From Octopus vulgaris (taxonomy: Eukaryota), in NCBI GenBank assembly GCA_951406725.2, contig OX597824.1:7626001-7690000 (forward strand): 64,000 bases of DNA. Reading direction: 5' to 3'. The notes below the pieces were generated by a model that had not been told where the DNA came from, ran no database searches, and was given only the letters and a program-made list of their open reading frames with translations. Positions 11,916 through 25,741 of this stretch are shown here, piece after piece; position 1 is the stretch's first letter, and each line of letters opens with the position of its first letter. Position numbers and translations under genes: made by a program.

Positions 11916-12996
11916 GTGTAAGTGTTGCATGACACAGTTTCCCAGGTGTCTGTTCGAACTATACTAAGTGAGTTATCTTCATCTCATCTGAAGCTGGTTA
12001 CAGCAAGACGGATGTTTCCAAATCTAGGATCAAAAGCAAATAAAGAGTGACTATAAGGTAAACTGACTTCACTACTCAGCTGTTTGGTTTTAATGTTGTA
12101 AAGCTGAAAGACGGAGGCACTGTTGTCTCCACGGAGATTTGGAAATTTGATGAAACTTGTTGAGTCATCAGAACTCAGTTCACCCCATAAAGCTTCAGTC
12201 ACAAATTCCCACATTCTGTTTACCGAAATGTCCAAGAAATTTATTAATACTCAAATCTATGACTCTAGATTGAGTCATCATACAAGATGAAGTGACTGAG
12301 TTGTCATGGTAGCATAATACACTTTTGACATGGACATTTTGAATCGAAGACAACTGGGCAGAAATATGGTTGTACTCGAAATGTTCTGCCTTTTCATAAA
12401 TTTGCTTCTACGTAGAAAACTGAAAAACGAGTTACTTTTGTCTATATCAATGATCCCTTGTCGACTTGTGCAGAAAGTGGGGCTACAGTTCTTAAAAACC
12501 AAGCCATCACACGTTAGAAGGGAGTCACCAAAACCAGTGGCTTCTGCATGTCCACGTTTCCACTGTTCTAATGAGCACTGATGTAACAGCGCCCATGTCT
12601 GTGCTTGTTCCGTCATCCTCCTCAGGTTCCCGACGAAAGCACTGGTTCACATCAAGTCATATCTACCGGCTTTGCTTTCATCAGCTCCCATTCTGAGCTG
12701 ACCTCCACGTTGATGCTGTCGACGGCGATCACGGGCCCACTTCTCGCGTTTGAATAACAGGCTCATCTAGGAAGAAAACACGGTATGAGGGCAGCTTGTG
12801 TTCTTTTATCTCGGCGGTACACCATTTCAACCACGAGAGATCTGCTGTGCTGCGGTTTTTCTACTGCTGTGAATCTTTAATAGTGAACGGTACAAGCCTT
12901 TTAGTCAGGTTTTGTGTTTGTATTTGTGTATGGATGTTTGTATGTGTATATAAGTGTATGGATATTTGTATGTATATATATATATATATATATAGA

Positions 12997-13058
<62 letters not shown>

Positions 13059-13107
13059 TGAATTGAAGAAATGGAGCTGAACGCAGATTGAACAGAAATC
13101 GTTTTAT

Positions 13108-13194
13108 TTCATTCTACACGTGTTTCGAAAGGCACAAATTACCAAAATCCGATGGAATAATGGGACCATATTGTGTCTTTCTCTTCAGGAAGAA
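13108..13194 (-). ncRNA. Hammerhead motif, canonical core, extended stem II
   Basis: Reverse complement reads ttc-CTGAAGA-gaaagacacaa...ttgtgcctttc-GAAA-CACGTG-TA-gaa. Confidence 0.75.
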
Positions 13195-13846
13195 AATAGG
13201 AAATCCGTTGGAAAAACAAAAACAGAACAGAGGCGGAGCAAAAACAAATCGAACTATGCTCCTAAGAGCCCATGGCGAAACTGTTTATCAGTGTATGTTG
13301 AGAACCGGTGGCTGAAGAATTCAACGGGTCAGGCATCGGTCAATCATGTGGGTGAGGGGGCGTAGATGTTCTTTGTGACCGAGAATAAAGTTCTGACTAT
13401 TTAAGGAATATTGGATGTTTTATAAGGGGCGAGAAAAAATCTACTTAGAGACGTGTGTGTGTGTATACTGTTCTATATATGTGTGTGTTGGCGTAGGGGT
13501 AGAAAACATTTTTTGTGTACGTGTGTGCGTTTGATCGTTCGGCTGTCAGTGGCTACTGCCGTGATGACCGTTGGGTGGCAGAAAAAAAAAAAAAATATAT
13601 ATATCATGTTTTATGTGTGTGTATGTTCATCTAAGCCTGCCTTGTCAAGGAAACCCCCCGCTGTGAAAAAACCAAGCCCCGTTTGTCTTACAGGAGTAAT
13701 TCCCCTTGCAGTGGTTAATCGTAGATATCTTAAAGGCTATTTCAGAATTTGTTACCAAGGGCTATGGGTGCCGGTATTGCTACTAAGGTATCGGTTAAAC
13801 TTTTGATTAATCTACTACAAGATTATTCATCTTTCTATTTCACATA

Positions 13847-13905
<59 letters not shown>

Positions 13906-15959
13906 GATGTTTGTATGTATATATATATATATGTGTATGGATGCTTGTATGTATATATATGTGTATGGATATTTGTATGTATATATATGTGTGTGTGTAT
14001 GTTTGTTTATATGTGTGAAGTGCGAGGTGTGTATTTGTTTGAACGAGGCCTGTGTGCATGTCCATGTCGATTTGTACGACGGAAATCGTTGAAAGCGGTG
14101 CTCCAACATGGTCGCCGTCAAATGGCTGAAACAAGTAAAAGAATAGAAGAAAGATTTCCAGTAGTAAGGGCAATAACTCGAGTTTGAGTTACAATGGCTC
14201 GGAAGACTTATTTACCTTGCACAAAGAAATGCTTTTTTTCACATTCGCAAAAATATGTTCATGAAATAAAGGTGCTTATTTTATCGACCCCGAAATGATG
14301 AAAGGCAAAATTGGCCCCGGTGGCACTTGGGTACAGGACATAAATTCTGAAGAAATGCCGCTGTGCAGTTTTGTCTGGCACAGTAACGATTCTGCTGGCC
14401 GCCGACTTGGCAATGTGAAATGAAAACCGCCGAGTCATAAATCAGACAGAGAGGGGGGAGGGGGCAGAATTTTTATGTTCAATCCATGTATATTTAGTCT
14501 AGTTAGTGAAATCAGGTCACGTGATTTCTCCATGGGGTTTTTAACAAAGTGTACTGAGGTTTGACCCGGCACAACACGAACTGAAATATATACCTATTTC
14601 CTGCGGCACGAACACACACACTGCTCATTACCCTATCAACCCTGACAAGTCTTCTTCTCATGCCACTCAGATTATGCATATACACCTTTCTAATTAGCTA
14701 GAGAGCCAAATAGGTGGGTATCTTATATCAGTATATAGATTTATATATTAGAACAGGTCACGGTTTCAAAGCGACGAAAATATTTTGACAAATTAAATTT
14801 AAATGTTGAAGTGAATCTAACATTTTTTTGGTGTTTTTAAGTGGCTTATATACACCTTCCACACTGCAATAGTTTTTGTTTCAGCACACGACCTCAGGTC
14901 AAGTCACTTGCTATGAAAATACGTCTCCGTAATCACAGATCAAGTCACTTGCTATGCAAGTACATCTCCGTAATATGTTAAAAAGAAAAACTACAAATAA
15001 AACTCCAGTTAAGTCTCACTTCACATCACTCCTCTTTTCTAGCAACGAAGGGAAATAAATCTAACATTTCTTAAATTTGAGTTACCTACCCTCATCGGTT
15101 TTGGTAAAATGTGTAAAACAAACTCAACGTTATTCTTTCCGTCTTCCTTCTTGGTGCTGTAACAACTGCACGAAATGAATAACAATTGCTTTATATCAGA
15201 AAGACATTATATTAACCACTAAAAGTCTGGTATTGAGGGTACTCTATATACATATTTATTTTCTTGCACACGATTCTAGATTCTAAAGGATGCAAATGCT
15301 TAAAATAGTAAAGACTGGTGAAGCCGTCTTTAGCGATCAATAATTAGGGGACGTTTCGGATTTTATGCACATTGCAATGGTGTAAATTATATCCAAGTTG
15401 TACAACATTTTATTTTAAACAAAACTGTTCACTTTTTATTGAAAATAGAAGAGTATGATATTTAGTCAAGTCTATGCTTAAAACAAATGGAATTTTTTCA
15501 AAATAGCAATAAAATAAATCAATGGAGGAAAGTAAGGAAAAGCATAAATACGTCGTTTGCACAGATACGCCATATTCAGGGAAGGGATTTGAGCGTTCGA
15601 CTTGTTGGATCTTTCAAAATAGATTTAAAAATACCATCTTCAGATTGTATCGTGCTTTTACAACATTTGATGTTGAATGGTGAGGAACGATAATGCACTC
15701 GGATTCCATTGTAGCGAGCTCAGCTCTTGATAAACATACTCGTCCGCAGAGATAGCAGCTCAAACTTCTCCCATTCACTACACTGGTGGTTGCTTTTTCC
15801 AACAACTCGTTTAAGTTTAGCATGAAATATGCGTGCTTTGTCTTAGAAAAACCATTCCTTCCTTTACTTGTTTCTTACAAAGTTGGGGTTGACATCTTCC
15901 CTCAACTTGCCTCCGGATCATGTCAATAGATTGGAGAGGGGGACAATGAGGTGTCGAAC

Positions 15960-16270
15960 AAGCGTTGTTGAATGTAATGCTCAATTTTGGTACCTTTTCA
16001 TACAGGCCTTACCACAAACCAAATGAAATGCTGTCGTACATTAACACAACCTCCTGTCACCCACCTACTGTGTTTAAAAACCTGATGAAGCATATCTGTA
16101 AGAGGATTTCGAGCATATCCTCAAAAAGAGAGAGATTTTCGAATGCTGCGGCCCCTATTAGAACATGGATTTAGTAGCCGGCGGAACCTAACACTCACCA
16201 AAGAAGGGGCCACCGTAATGTTAATTGTATGTGTTCTTTGTATGTATTCTCATGCATATAGTTACATACC
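15960..16270 (+). mobile_element. Penelope-like RT fragment
   Basis: LNVMLNFGTFSYRPYHKPNEMLSYINTTSCHPPTVFKNL..RISSISS. Confidence 0.75.
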
Positions 16271-16289
16271 TAGAGATGCTCATATATAT

Positions 16290-17260
16290 TTAAATGATAA
16301 ACTCCCGGAATGTTTTGCAGATTTCTACAGTTCCAATGATGGATTGGATCTGTAGTCTTCGAATTAGCTTTCTCCTTTCTGGTTCTGAGAAGCCTGACTT
16401 TTCAAGATTGGTATTTAGGCAGTGGGTTACATATCCCAGTGCCCCAATAATTACAGGTCCAAACCTGAACTTGTAATCTGGATAGAATAACTGCAGATTT
16501 CTCACTAATTCAGAGTAAGTACCTTCTTTTTTACAAATCTTCAGCTTTATATTTACATCCCCTAACTTCCACAACAGTTCACAGTTTCTCTTCTCTATCC
16601 CAAATCATTTTACCAGGACAATTGCGTTTACATTTCATTGAGGTTTTCACTAACACATTCCATCAGTAATCCTTTTTATTATGGGTGGCTATAGCTTCCA
16701 CCATATTATGGGTTCTTATGTGTTTGTCCTCAGCGTTTTCATTTCGATGGATCTCGTTATACAGTGTCCTAATGACAACACCATGTCTCATCGGTAGATA
16801 ATACCATGAGGACATGTTTAGACAACTTATCATGTGGGTGATATCTTCGGTTTTCACTCCACAAAGTCTGCATCGGCTGCCACATTTTACTGCTTTTTTA
16901 CTACATCATTTTACTTCATCTCTGTCTCTTTTGTGCATCAGGTATTTGGTTGATATTTCCTGTTCCTGGATTACAAACGCATATCCTTCAAAATGGGAGA
17001 TAGTAATCCGGTTGTTGGTCCGTGATAGACTGCTTTGTGGATCAATGGTACACTCATCTCTGAGCTTTCTATTAACATATCCATGCATGGTCATCTGCTC
17101 ATATACGCTCATACTTTCATCCGATGAGACGTTGCGGTAGAGTCGTGCGACTACTTTGGGCATGTATTCAAGGTTATCAGACAAAGAATGCTGCTCAAGG
17201 AGCTGCCTTCCAAGTCTTATGATGTTATCAACCTCATGTATGCAAACTTGATCAAGAGAT
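16290..17260 (-). mobile_element. R4/Dong-clade non-LTR retrotransposon 3' fragment (CCHC knuckle plus restriction-like endonuclease)
   Basis: MHGY, EGYAFVIQEQEIST, CRLCG...EDITH.ISC, RH, K...Y.EL, PVIIGALG. Frameshifted. Confidence 0.85.
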
Positions 17261-17929
17261 ATATGTATGTACCTATGTATCTACGTACACATGGTATAGT
17301 AGATATTCGAAATCAGTTAATATACCAGATTCCATACGAACTTTCTATTTGCCATCCTGTTTGATTCATTCGATGTGAATGTATCATAACTGCATTCATT
17401 TTACCGTGACATTTATTAAATTAATTACCGAGGTCAACTTTGCCGTTCATCCTATCTGGGTCGATAAAATAAGTAGCAGTTGTGCATTGGGGATCGATGT
17501 AATCGACTAACCCCATCTCCTGAAATTACTGGACTTGAACCAAGACGCAAAGCGCGTGGCCTAACAAGTAGGTTCACCACGCGCTTTAATGACCGACATT
17601 ATGAAAATCTAAATCAGTGTTTGTCGAATATTTTTCTGGTGGCGCCTCTAAATCTCGCCTTAATTCTAAATAAAGTTTATCTGATTTTGCCAAAGTTGCA
17701 GTTAAATAAAAAATCTGAGAATGAGATGGTTACCCTCTTGTGCACAGATGGAGGCAACCCTATTAGGAAAAGAAGAAAACACTGGAAGAAATAATTACTC
17801 TTGGGATCAGGTTTGAATGCTGAACTGTGATATCCCCACGAAATATTTCGTAGGGTATCGTACCTTTTTGGGTCAGATCTCTTAACCTAAGTCTACTAAT
17901 GTTACTATCATCTGCTTCTTTTGGGAGAG

Positions 17930-18063
17930 GAGGAGGAGGAAATGATGAAGATGGTGATAATGATGACGATGATGATGGAAGCGGTGATTATGATGATGAT
18001 GATGATGATGATGGTGGTGATGATGATGATGATGATGATGATGATGACGATGATGATGATGAC

Positions 18064-18101
<38 letters not shown>

Positions 18102-18236
18102 CGATGATGATGATGATGATGATGACAATGATGATGATGATAATGAAGATCATGATGATGGTAACGGTGATGATCATAATGTTGGTAGAGGTGGTGGTGG
18201 TTGCGGTTATGGTGGTGGTGGTGGTGGTGGTGGTGA
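17930..18236. repeat. (GAT)n/(GGT)n microsatellite
   Basis: Seen directly. Confidence 0.95.
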
Positions 18237-18957
18237 ACTTAACGAGGAACCTTGACTAAATTTACAGTGAAATCCACCAACCTAAATAATTAAGATGCTT
18301 TTGGCAACTCGTAAGAGAAGCTATTTGTAGTTGGGTGTCGTTCACAACGTTCAATTATGCGAAGGTAACGGGTATAACATCCATTAGCACAATGGCCGAC
18401 ACTGATGACATATTATTGCCCCACATGTTGACCAGCTTCCCACAGTTATTTCATGCTTTAATGTAGCAGCAGAGAAAAAAAGCTGTTTGATTTTTTTCTA
18501 GTTTTTGTAAACCAGAAAAACATGCAAACGTCTGCATTTTCCTTGCTTTGTTAAACGTCTCAAGGAAACGTGGTAATCATCTTGAAACCTTTTTTGGATA
18601 TCTTCAAAAATTTGAAACTTTATACCTTATAGTAAGAAACATATATCTAAAAACAAGCAGAAAGGATTGTTAATTATGAATTAGATATTGCGTAAAGAGA
18701 TCTGCAAACATTTTTTTACTAAGTAAAAATTCTTATTTTTACCGAGTGTTAGCGATCTGGTGATGAACTGGTAGATTTAAACAGCCGTCTCTTTATTTTA
18801 ACTAAATGGTTTCGGTTTGTTTTCATTTACAGGACGCATACAAATATCAATTAAAATATTGTTATTTACTCTTTCATGAGGCGTAATTTTCTTACTGTAA
18901 ATTATCAGCTTACAATTTCTACGCTTAATTTTACATTATTTTGTTTGGCAATGTCTG

Positions 18958-18958
<1 letters not shown>

Positions 18959-19002
<44 letters not shown>

Positions 19003-19021
19003 TAATAACAATAATAATAAC

Positions 19022-19071
<50 letters not shown>

Positions 19072-19078
19072 TAATAAC

Positions 19079-19149
<71 letters not shown>

Positions 19150-19162
19150 TAATAATAATAAT
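18959..19162. repeat. (AAT)n microsatellite
   Basis: Seen directly. Similar tracts at 22110-22208, 26455-26620, 27522-27600 and 28146-28248. Confidence 0.95.
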
Positions 19163-19376
19163 CCTTTCTACTGGAGGCAAAAGGCCTCAAATTTGTGGGG
19201 AGGGCAGTAGTTGATTACATTGAACGGGGTGTTTTACTGGTGCTTAATTTATCGACCCCGAAAGGAGGAAAGGCAAAGTCGACTTCGGCGGAATTTGAAC
19301 TTGGAACATAACGACGGGCGAAATACTGCTAAGTATTTCATCCAGCGTGCTAACGATTCTGCCAGCTCACCGCCTT
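19163..19376 (-). mobile_element. Same tRNA-derived SINE family, monomer
   Basis: Reverse complement of head plus core. Other copies at about 5560-5790(+), 7790-8010(+), 14270-14410(-), 17430-17545(+), 22616-22847(-), 43898-44115(-) and 51236-51392(-). Confidence 0.8.
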
Positions 19377-19410
<34 letters not shown>

Positions 19411-20009
19411 GCAACAAAAACAATAATAATAAGGCGCTGAATAACAACATGGATGTGCTACACCGGGTTCTCCATTCAAAAGCATATCTAATCTAATAAC
19501 ATCAGTGGAACGAGATAAAGGAACATGTGGAAGACTTGAGGGAAGCGGCCTTTTAACGGAAATAATCACAAAATGGAATTTTACTGCAATATAAAGCACA
19601 GTTACTCCTATGCACGATGCCTCTGTGACACATGTGCGAAATGCACACGCGAAATCAACATCGGCAAGTTTACAAATTATAAATTATAAATGGAACAAAA
19701 CAGCAAGTACATAAATTGATTAAGTACGCATATACTCGAATGTCTATACAATCATATATATATATTTTAATACCCATAGGACTACACATATATCCCAATG
19801 TTTACACAAGTACGTGAAATTTAGAGGACACACATTCACGCATATGAAAACACATGTTACAAACGAAGCAAAAACAAAACAAAATTTTATATTTTTCAGA
19901 CAGAGTGAACAATTCCTAAATTTAAAAACACCATAAAAATGTATGCCCAGAGATAAATCTATCAAAAAAAAAAAAAAACACAGACGAATACAGATCTATT
20001 AGCCTTAAG

Positions 20010-22110
20010 AAGCTACGCCACGAGCAATGTTTTCATTCAGAGAACTCGGAGGCGGTGTTGTCTCAAAACATTAACCCTAAAAAGACAGATCCGTCCCCTA
20101 ATGTCAACATCCAAGCTCATCCTGCCTCAGTGATAACAAACCAAAATACAAACCGGATCGGCCATCACCCGGATCCCCAAGCACCGCATACTCGAATGAT
20201 GAACCAGATCAGGTACGAAAAATCAGCTATCGGAATATTCCAACAGATAGCCGTCCATGCTCGTCATAAAATAACTAAAAGAAAAAGAATGAAAAATGAT
20301 AAAGAAGTTCTTAAGGTCTTCTATTCTCCCATATATTTCTCCACAAATAAATCTGATACTGTACAAACCTACTTAAACTGGAGACAGAAACACCTTGAAG
20401 CAAGACCCTACATAAGCAGTAACAAACTTGACAACATCAGAAGAAACATTATGAAAAAGAAATTATTAACTGAATTAGAGATTGATCAAATTAAACAATC
20501 AGTAAGGAGTAAAAGGAACGAAGTTGCAGCTAAAGAAGATTCCAAAGATGAAATAATTGTAGATCATCCTAGGCCTGAATGCTTTAACAGAGAGCCATGA
20601 ACGGCAAACAAAACCTTACAACAATGTTTTGCAACTACCCAATATGATACTCTCTTGGCTAGTTAATGGTATAACATTCCTACTTCCAAAAAATGAAGAA
20701 ACAAATGAACCAAAAAATTATAGACCCATAACCTGCTTAACAACAATGTATAAAACGCTAACATCTGTCCTGATTGAATATACCTGTAGTTCTTTTAATA
20801 GAAAGTAGCATATTCCCTAATGAGCAAAAAGGATGTAAACTTGGATCTTATGGTTGTAAAGATCAGCTACTCATCAATAAGATGATCTTGGAAGATTGTC
20901 ACAAACGACACAAAAACTTGTCGATAACCTGGATAGACTATAAAAAAGCTTTTGATAGTCTGCCACATAGCTGGATTAAGAAATGTCTGGAAATGTATAA
21001 AATAGCTCCTACTCTGCTAAACTTTTTGTCCGTAAGTATGAGATCATGGAGAACCACACTGACTTTGAACAGTGACAATGAATCCCTCGAAATTGCTTGA
21101 TGATGTACAATACGGCTATAAAATGTTTGATAAAAATACAAATCATCTCATTTACTTGGATGATTTAAAGCTCTTTGCAAAATATTACCAACAAATACAG
21201 GGCTTACTAGCGGTTGTTAAACAATTCAGTGATGACATCATGATGCAATTTGGCCTCGATAAATGTGCAACAGCTAACTTTATCAAAGGAAAACGGACAG
21301 AAACATTCAATGTTAATCTTGATCAGCAGAATTTCACAAAGGAGTTAGAATCAGTGGAGAGCTACAAATGCCAAGGGGTATTTGAAGGGGATGGAGTCAG
21401 ACGTTCAGTGATGAGGGAAAGGATCAGAAGAGAATGTTATCGCAGGGTAAGGGCAATACTTAAGTCAGAGCTGAATGCAAGAAATAGGATCGAATGGATC
21501 AATACTTTAGACATACCGGTCGTAACTTACAGTTTCAATATCATTAACTGGTCAATTACTGAAATATGTAATCTTGACAGAAAAATACGAAAATTGTTGA
21601 CAATGCATAGAATGCATTTTCAAGGCAGATAAGGTAGATATAGAACGACTTTTTCTGCCAAGAAAAGAGGGAAGCCGTGGACTTTTACAACTGGCATTAA
21701 CAATGAAGATTACCACAATTGGCCTGAAAAATTCTGGGGACTGGATGTTAAAACTTGTCTCAAAACATGAAAACAAGAAGCATCATACTCGGTAACAAAA
21801 CAGGCAAAGGAATATCTAAGTGAATTCCGAATACAACAAATTCCAGAATTAGGCGTACTAGAAACAAGCACAGGAAAAGCTAAGCGTATGAAAACCCCTG
21901 CTAAAACTACTGTCTATGTAATCTCTAATTTTAAAACAAACACATAATTTTATTATGGTTTCTTAAACATTCTCTAGAATAACACTATGTACAAAACCAA
22001 ATATATGACACCCTAGTCATAACAACATGAACTTCTAACTTTTTGTCTCTTGAAGTCTCTGGGTAAGACTTGGATTCAACTTGTACAAATACAAAGCAAA
22101 AGTCAAACAA
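20010..22110 (+). mobile_element. R4/Dong-clade non-LTR retrotransposon, internally deleted RT, ending in (TAA)n
   Basis: [81 protein letters not shown]. The QGD segment is missing near 21085. A (TAA)n tract follows at 22110-22208. Confidence 0.9.
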
Positions 22111-22119
22111 ATAATAATA

Positions 22120-22192
<73 letters not shown>

Positions 22193-23522
22193 TAATAATA
22201 ATAATAATATCTTCATGTAATTTCCAAACTTTAAACTAAAATTATTTTGTACTCTACTAATTTAACCCCACCCCTACCACCACCACCATTGCTCCCCTTT
22301 TTGCGGGAAGGAGCGCCCATTCAGTTTGAGAAGTTCTATTTTAAACTTCTATCATGAAGTTTTGTTAACCTTTTTAACTATTTTATTATTCAGATAAGAT
22401 TAACTAAATTAACCTCCGAGGGTTAAATAGGTAATTCGTTGACCTTTTCAGATCAACGTCATTGGGTGAATAATTGTGCTGATTTCAGTGGGAGGGAAAG
22501 CCATTTCGTACTTTTAACAACGGGCTTAATTGGTGTATGTGAAATAGCTACAACCAAAATGAGAACCGAGTACACACAGTTGAAGTTCTAAAGGTGTTCG
22601 TCACCTACGCTATATATTTCTTTATTGCCCACAGGGGGTCAAACACAAAGGGGACAAACAAGGACAGACAAAGGGATTAAGTCGATTACATCGACCCCAG
22701 TGCGTAACTGGTACTTAATTTATCGACCCCGAAAGGATGAAAGGCAAAGTCGACCTCGGTGGAATTTGAACTCAGAACGTAACGGCAGACGAAATACGGC
22801 TACGCATTTCGCCCGGTGTGCTAACAATTCTGCCAGCTCGCCGCCTTCGATGTTTTATATGTTAACATCGTCCACATCCGGTCTCTCACATTTACCCTAG
22901 AATGAGATTCTAAAAATTAACAATCACACCATCAAAATCTTGAAGCCCCGCGATAATGCATGATTAATTGAAAGCAACGAAACTAAATGAGCTTCACATT
23001 TGACAGAGTCATCTGAATGCTAAAGGGTTTACATTCGGAGAATTCAGCTGACAAAAAAAAAATAAGACGAAGCGGCGCAGAGAGCAGAATGAAAACTGCG
23101 TACCCCTGCGGGTCAAATAAAGGATTAGGTTTGAAATTCCAAAACAACAACCGAGTTCAAAACAAGATGGCTGCAGTGTACAACAACCGAAACGTAGTGA
23201 AAGTAACAAGGAAAACGCGGGCACCAGTCCGAGTAATATAAAAACTAATATAAAATCTTTTAAATTTAAATTTAAATTTATATTAGTTGGATACCAGTTC
23301 GACTAATATAAATTTTAAATTTAAATTTATATTAGTCGGACACCAGACCGACTAATATAAATTTAAACTTATATAAGTCGGACACCAGTCCGACTAATAT
23401 AAAATCATTAGCCAACTGCATCTGTAAGAACTCGGTAGTTCATACAGATGAAGTTCGCTAACGATTCAGCACGCTTAATGCTCAAAATCGTTTCAAGTGT
23501 TTATTGACCATTTTGATAGCCA

Positions 23523-24100
23523 TATACGAGGGCGGGATGAAAAGTTCCTGGCTTTAGGCAAAAGAAGATACAGGAGGATCAGGTAATGGTGTCGGAACAC
23601 GGTGCTGTGAAGTATGAGCTTGTACAGATGTTCCTTAATCCAAAGGCGAAGGTGTCTCTTGGTAGAGGTCGATCCTATGCATGCCGCCACGCAGGAGCAC
23701 GTCATCAGATACATCAAGTTGGATTTAAAATATAGCCAGGTGCTGTCCGTGGGTTGGGCTGCACGGATTCCTTTAGGGTGCTTGCCTTAATTTTCTGCAT
23801 TTTCATCATTAAGTTCGTGGACGTCGTCACTATTAATGAATTTGGCAGCCTGACTTACTTCTCCAAACATCATAAGCCTGATAAAAAGTTTTCTTCTGCT
23901 TTTTACTTTTGTATGATAAATTTTGACCATACACTTTTGTATTTCATTCATTAGGGAATTAATTCACCGTTTGCTTCATCTCCCCAACTGTAACGATAAA
24001 CACATCATATGATCTCTTGGTTTGGACTTAGCACATGGCTTTTGAAGCCGATTGGAGGAAAAATATGTATTGAAGAAATTTCAGTTGCCGGTGCAGTTTG
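23523..24100. mobile_element. Probable mariner remnant
   Basis: Mariner-type terminus TA-cgagggcgggatgaaaagttcctgg. The interior is decayed and the distal end is uncertain. Confidence 0.4.
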
Positions 24101-24247
24101 ATTCATTCTTCATTAGCGATTCTTCGTCCAAGGAGTTTCAGTAATTTGTCTTCTTTGTTTTTTTCTATCGAAAATCTGTCATGATGATGTAATTCAAGTT
24201 TTCCAGTTGTAGTTGTACACTCTTTAGCTTTTTGCAATTTATTGTAA

Positions 24248-24642
24248 TCTTTATATATAAAAGTCAAGTTGTGTGTCTGTCTCCTACGATTTAGATTCCT
24301 AACTACTCCCACATTTTGCGGTGCAGTGTAACCAAAACCGGGTATCTTATAGTCGTGATTTATATCGAACCCTTCTGGGTATTAGCGCGCGTCTACGATG
24401 AGTCTACGATTTTAAAAAAATTTACCATCATTTTTTCCCATTTTTAATGCATTTTTTGCTATTATATAAGGGAAGTAACTCTCTAAAAATGTATTATTAA
24501 ATCTCAGAACGTAAAAAGCTACAGTAACATCCCCCCCTTTGTGGTTAGCCATATTGAGATGGCTATTATACTTTACATCTCTAAAAATACTTATATAGTT
24601 ATTTCCCTTACAAACCCGAGCAACGCCGGGCGATACTGCTAG
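24248..24642 (+). mobile_element. Non-autonomous Helitron
   Basis: A|TC 5' end (tctttatatataaaag), subterminal hairpin cccgagcaacgccggg, 3' CTAG|T, no TSD. Confidence 0.85.
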
Positions 24643-25638
24643 TATAATATAATATACTAATTTCTAAAATGTTATTTTGTATATATATCTTCCTATTTCC
24701 TAAACGCAATATATTCATTCAAAATTCCCGAATGTTATTCACGTTGTGTGTAAACGAATATATTTTTCCATGTTGCTTTAAACCTATAAATTTTAAATGA
24801 AAGAAAAAGGACGTTCACTTGAAGTTCATGCGACTTGAATGACAGACTGGTTACTCAATAAGAAAGAAATTACTATTAACAATCAGCTAGCGTGCAATTG
24901 ATGGGAATTTTTAGAGATTAAGATAATTTCGTAATAAATAAGAAAGAGTTGGTGCAAATTTAAAGGGAGAAGGTAATTTATTCAAGAGAGTAATACATAT
25001 AAACGCTAAACCACAAATTGTGGTATTTTTGGTTCTGGCTGAATTAGCGTGTCATGTATCAAAAAAAAGGCGACAACATGTCGCAAATATAAAAGCAAAT
25101 CAGAATATTTTAAACAAATTGCTCTAAAGCAGGAAAATATATAGGACGTATTATATGATCACACATTTAATAAAAGCTTGCCCTAAATACGAAAAGTGTG
25201 TCAACATTTAGGACGGCGAATCAAAGAGATCACAGACGGACATCACATTTATAAGCATCCGCAGTGTTACTGGCATTTGGTTGGTTATGACGATGGCGGT
25301 TCCAGTTGATCCGATCAACAGAACAGCCTGCTTGTGAAATTAACCAGAAAGTGGCTGAGCACTCCACAGATACGTATACCTTTAATGTAGTTCTTAAGGA
25401 GATTCAGCGTGACTCAGAGTGTGACAAGGCTGACCCTTTGAAATGTTTGTACTCCTCACTTTGGCCCGTTGAGTGGTCTGGAGCAATGTAAAATAAAGTG
25501 TCTTGCTCAAGGACGCCGCCAAATATTGAACTCACGACCTTGAGCTGAATAGCCTAACCACTCAGCCACGCGCCTTCACCAGGAACCAGAAACAGTTGAT
25601 TAATTCTTGTTCAACATGTTTCTCTTGCATTAACACGT

Positions 25639-25741
<103 letters not shown>

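Noticed and set aside
17899-18259. Poly-Asp/poly-Met/Gly-rich ORFs (could suggest an acidic biomineral protein or reflectin)
   Set aside because: Pure (GAT)n microsatellite that is open in several frames, with no signal peptide, reflectin motif or convincing splice context.
23221-23405. CRISPR-like repeat-spacer appearance
   Set aside because: Spacers are low-complexity AT palindromes, there are no cas genes and the context is eukaryotic.
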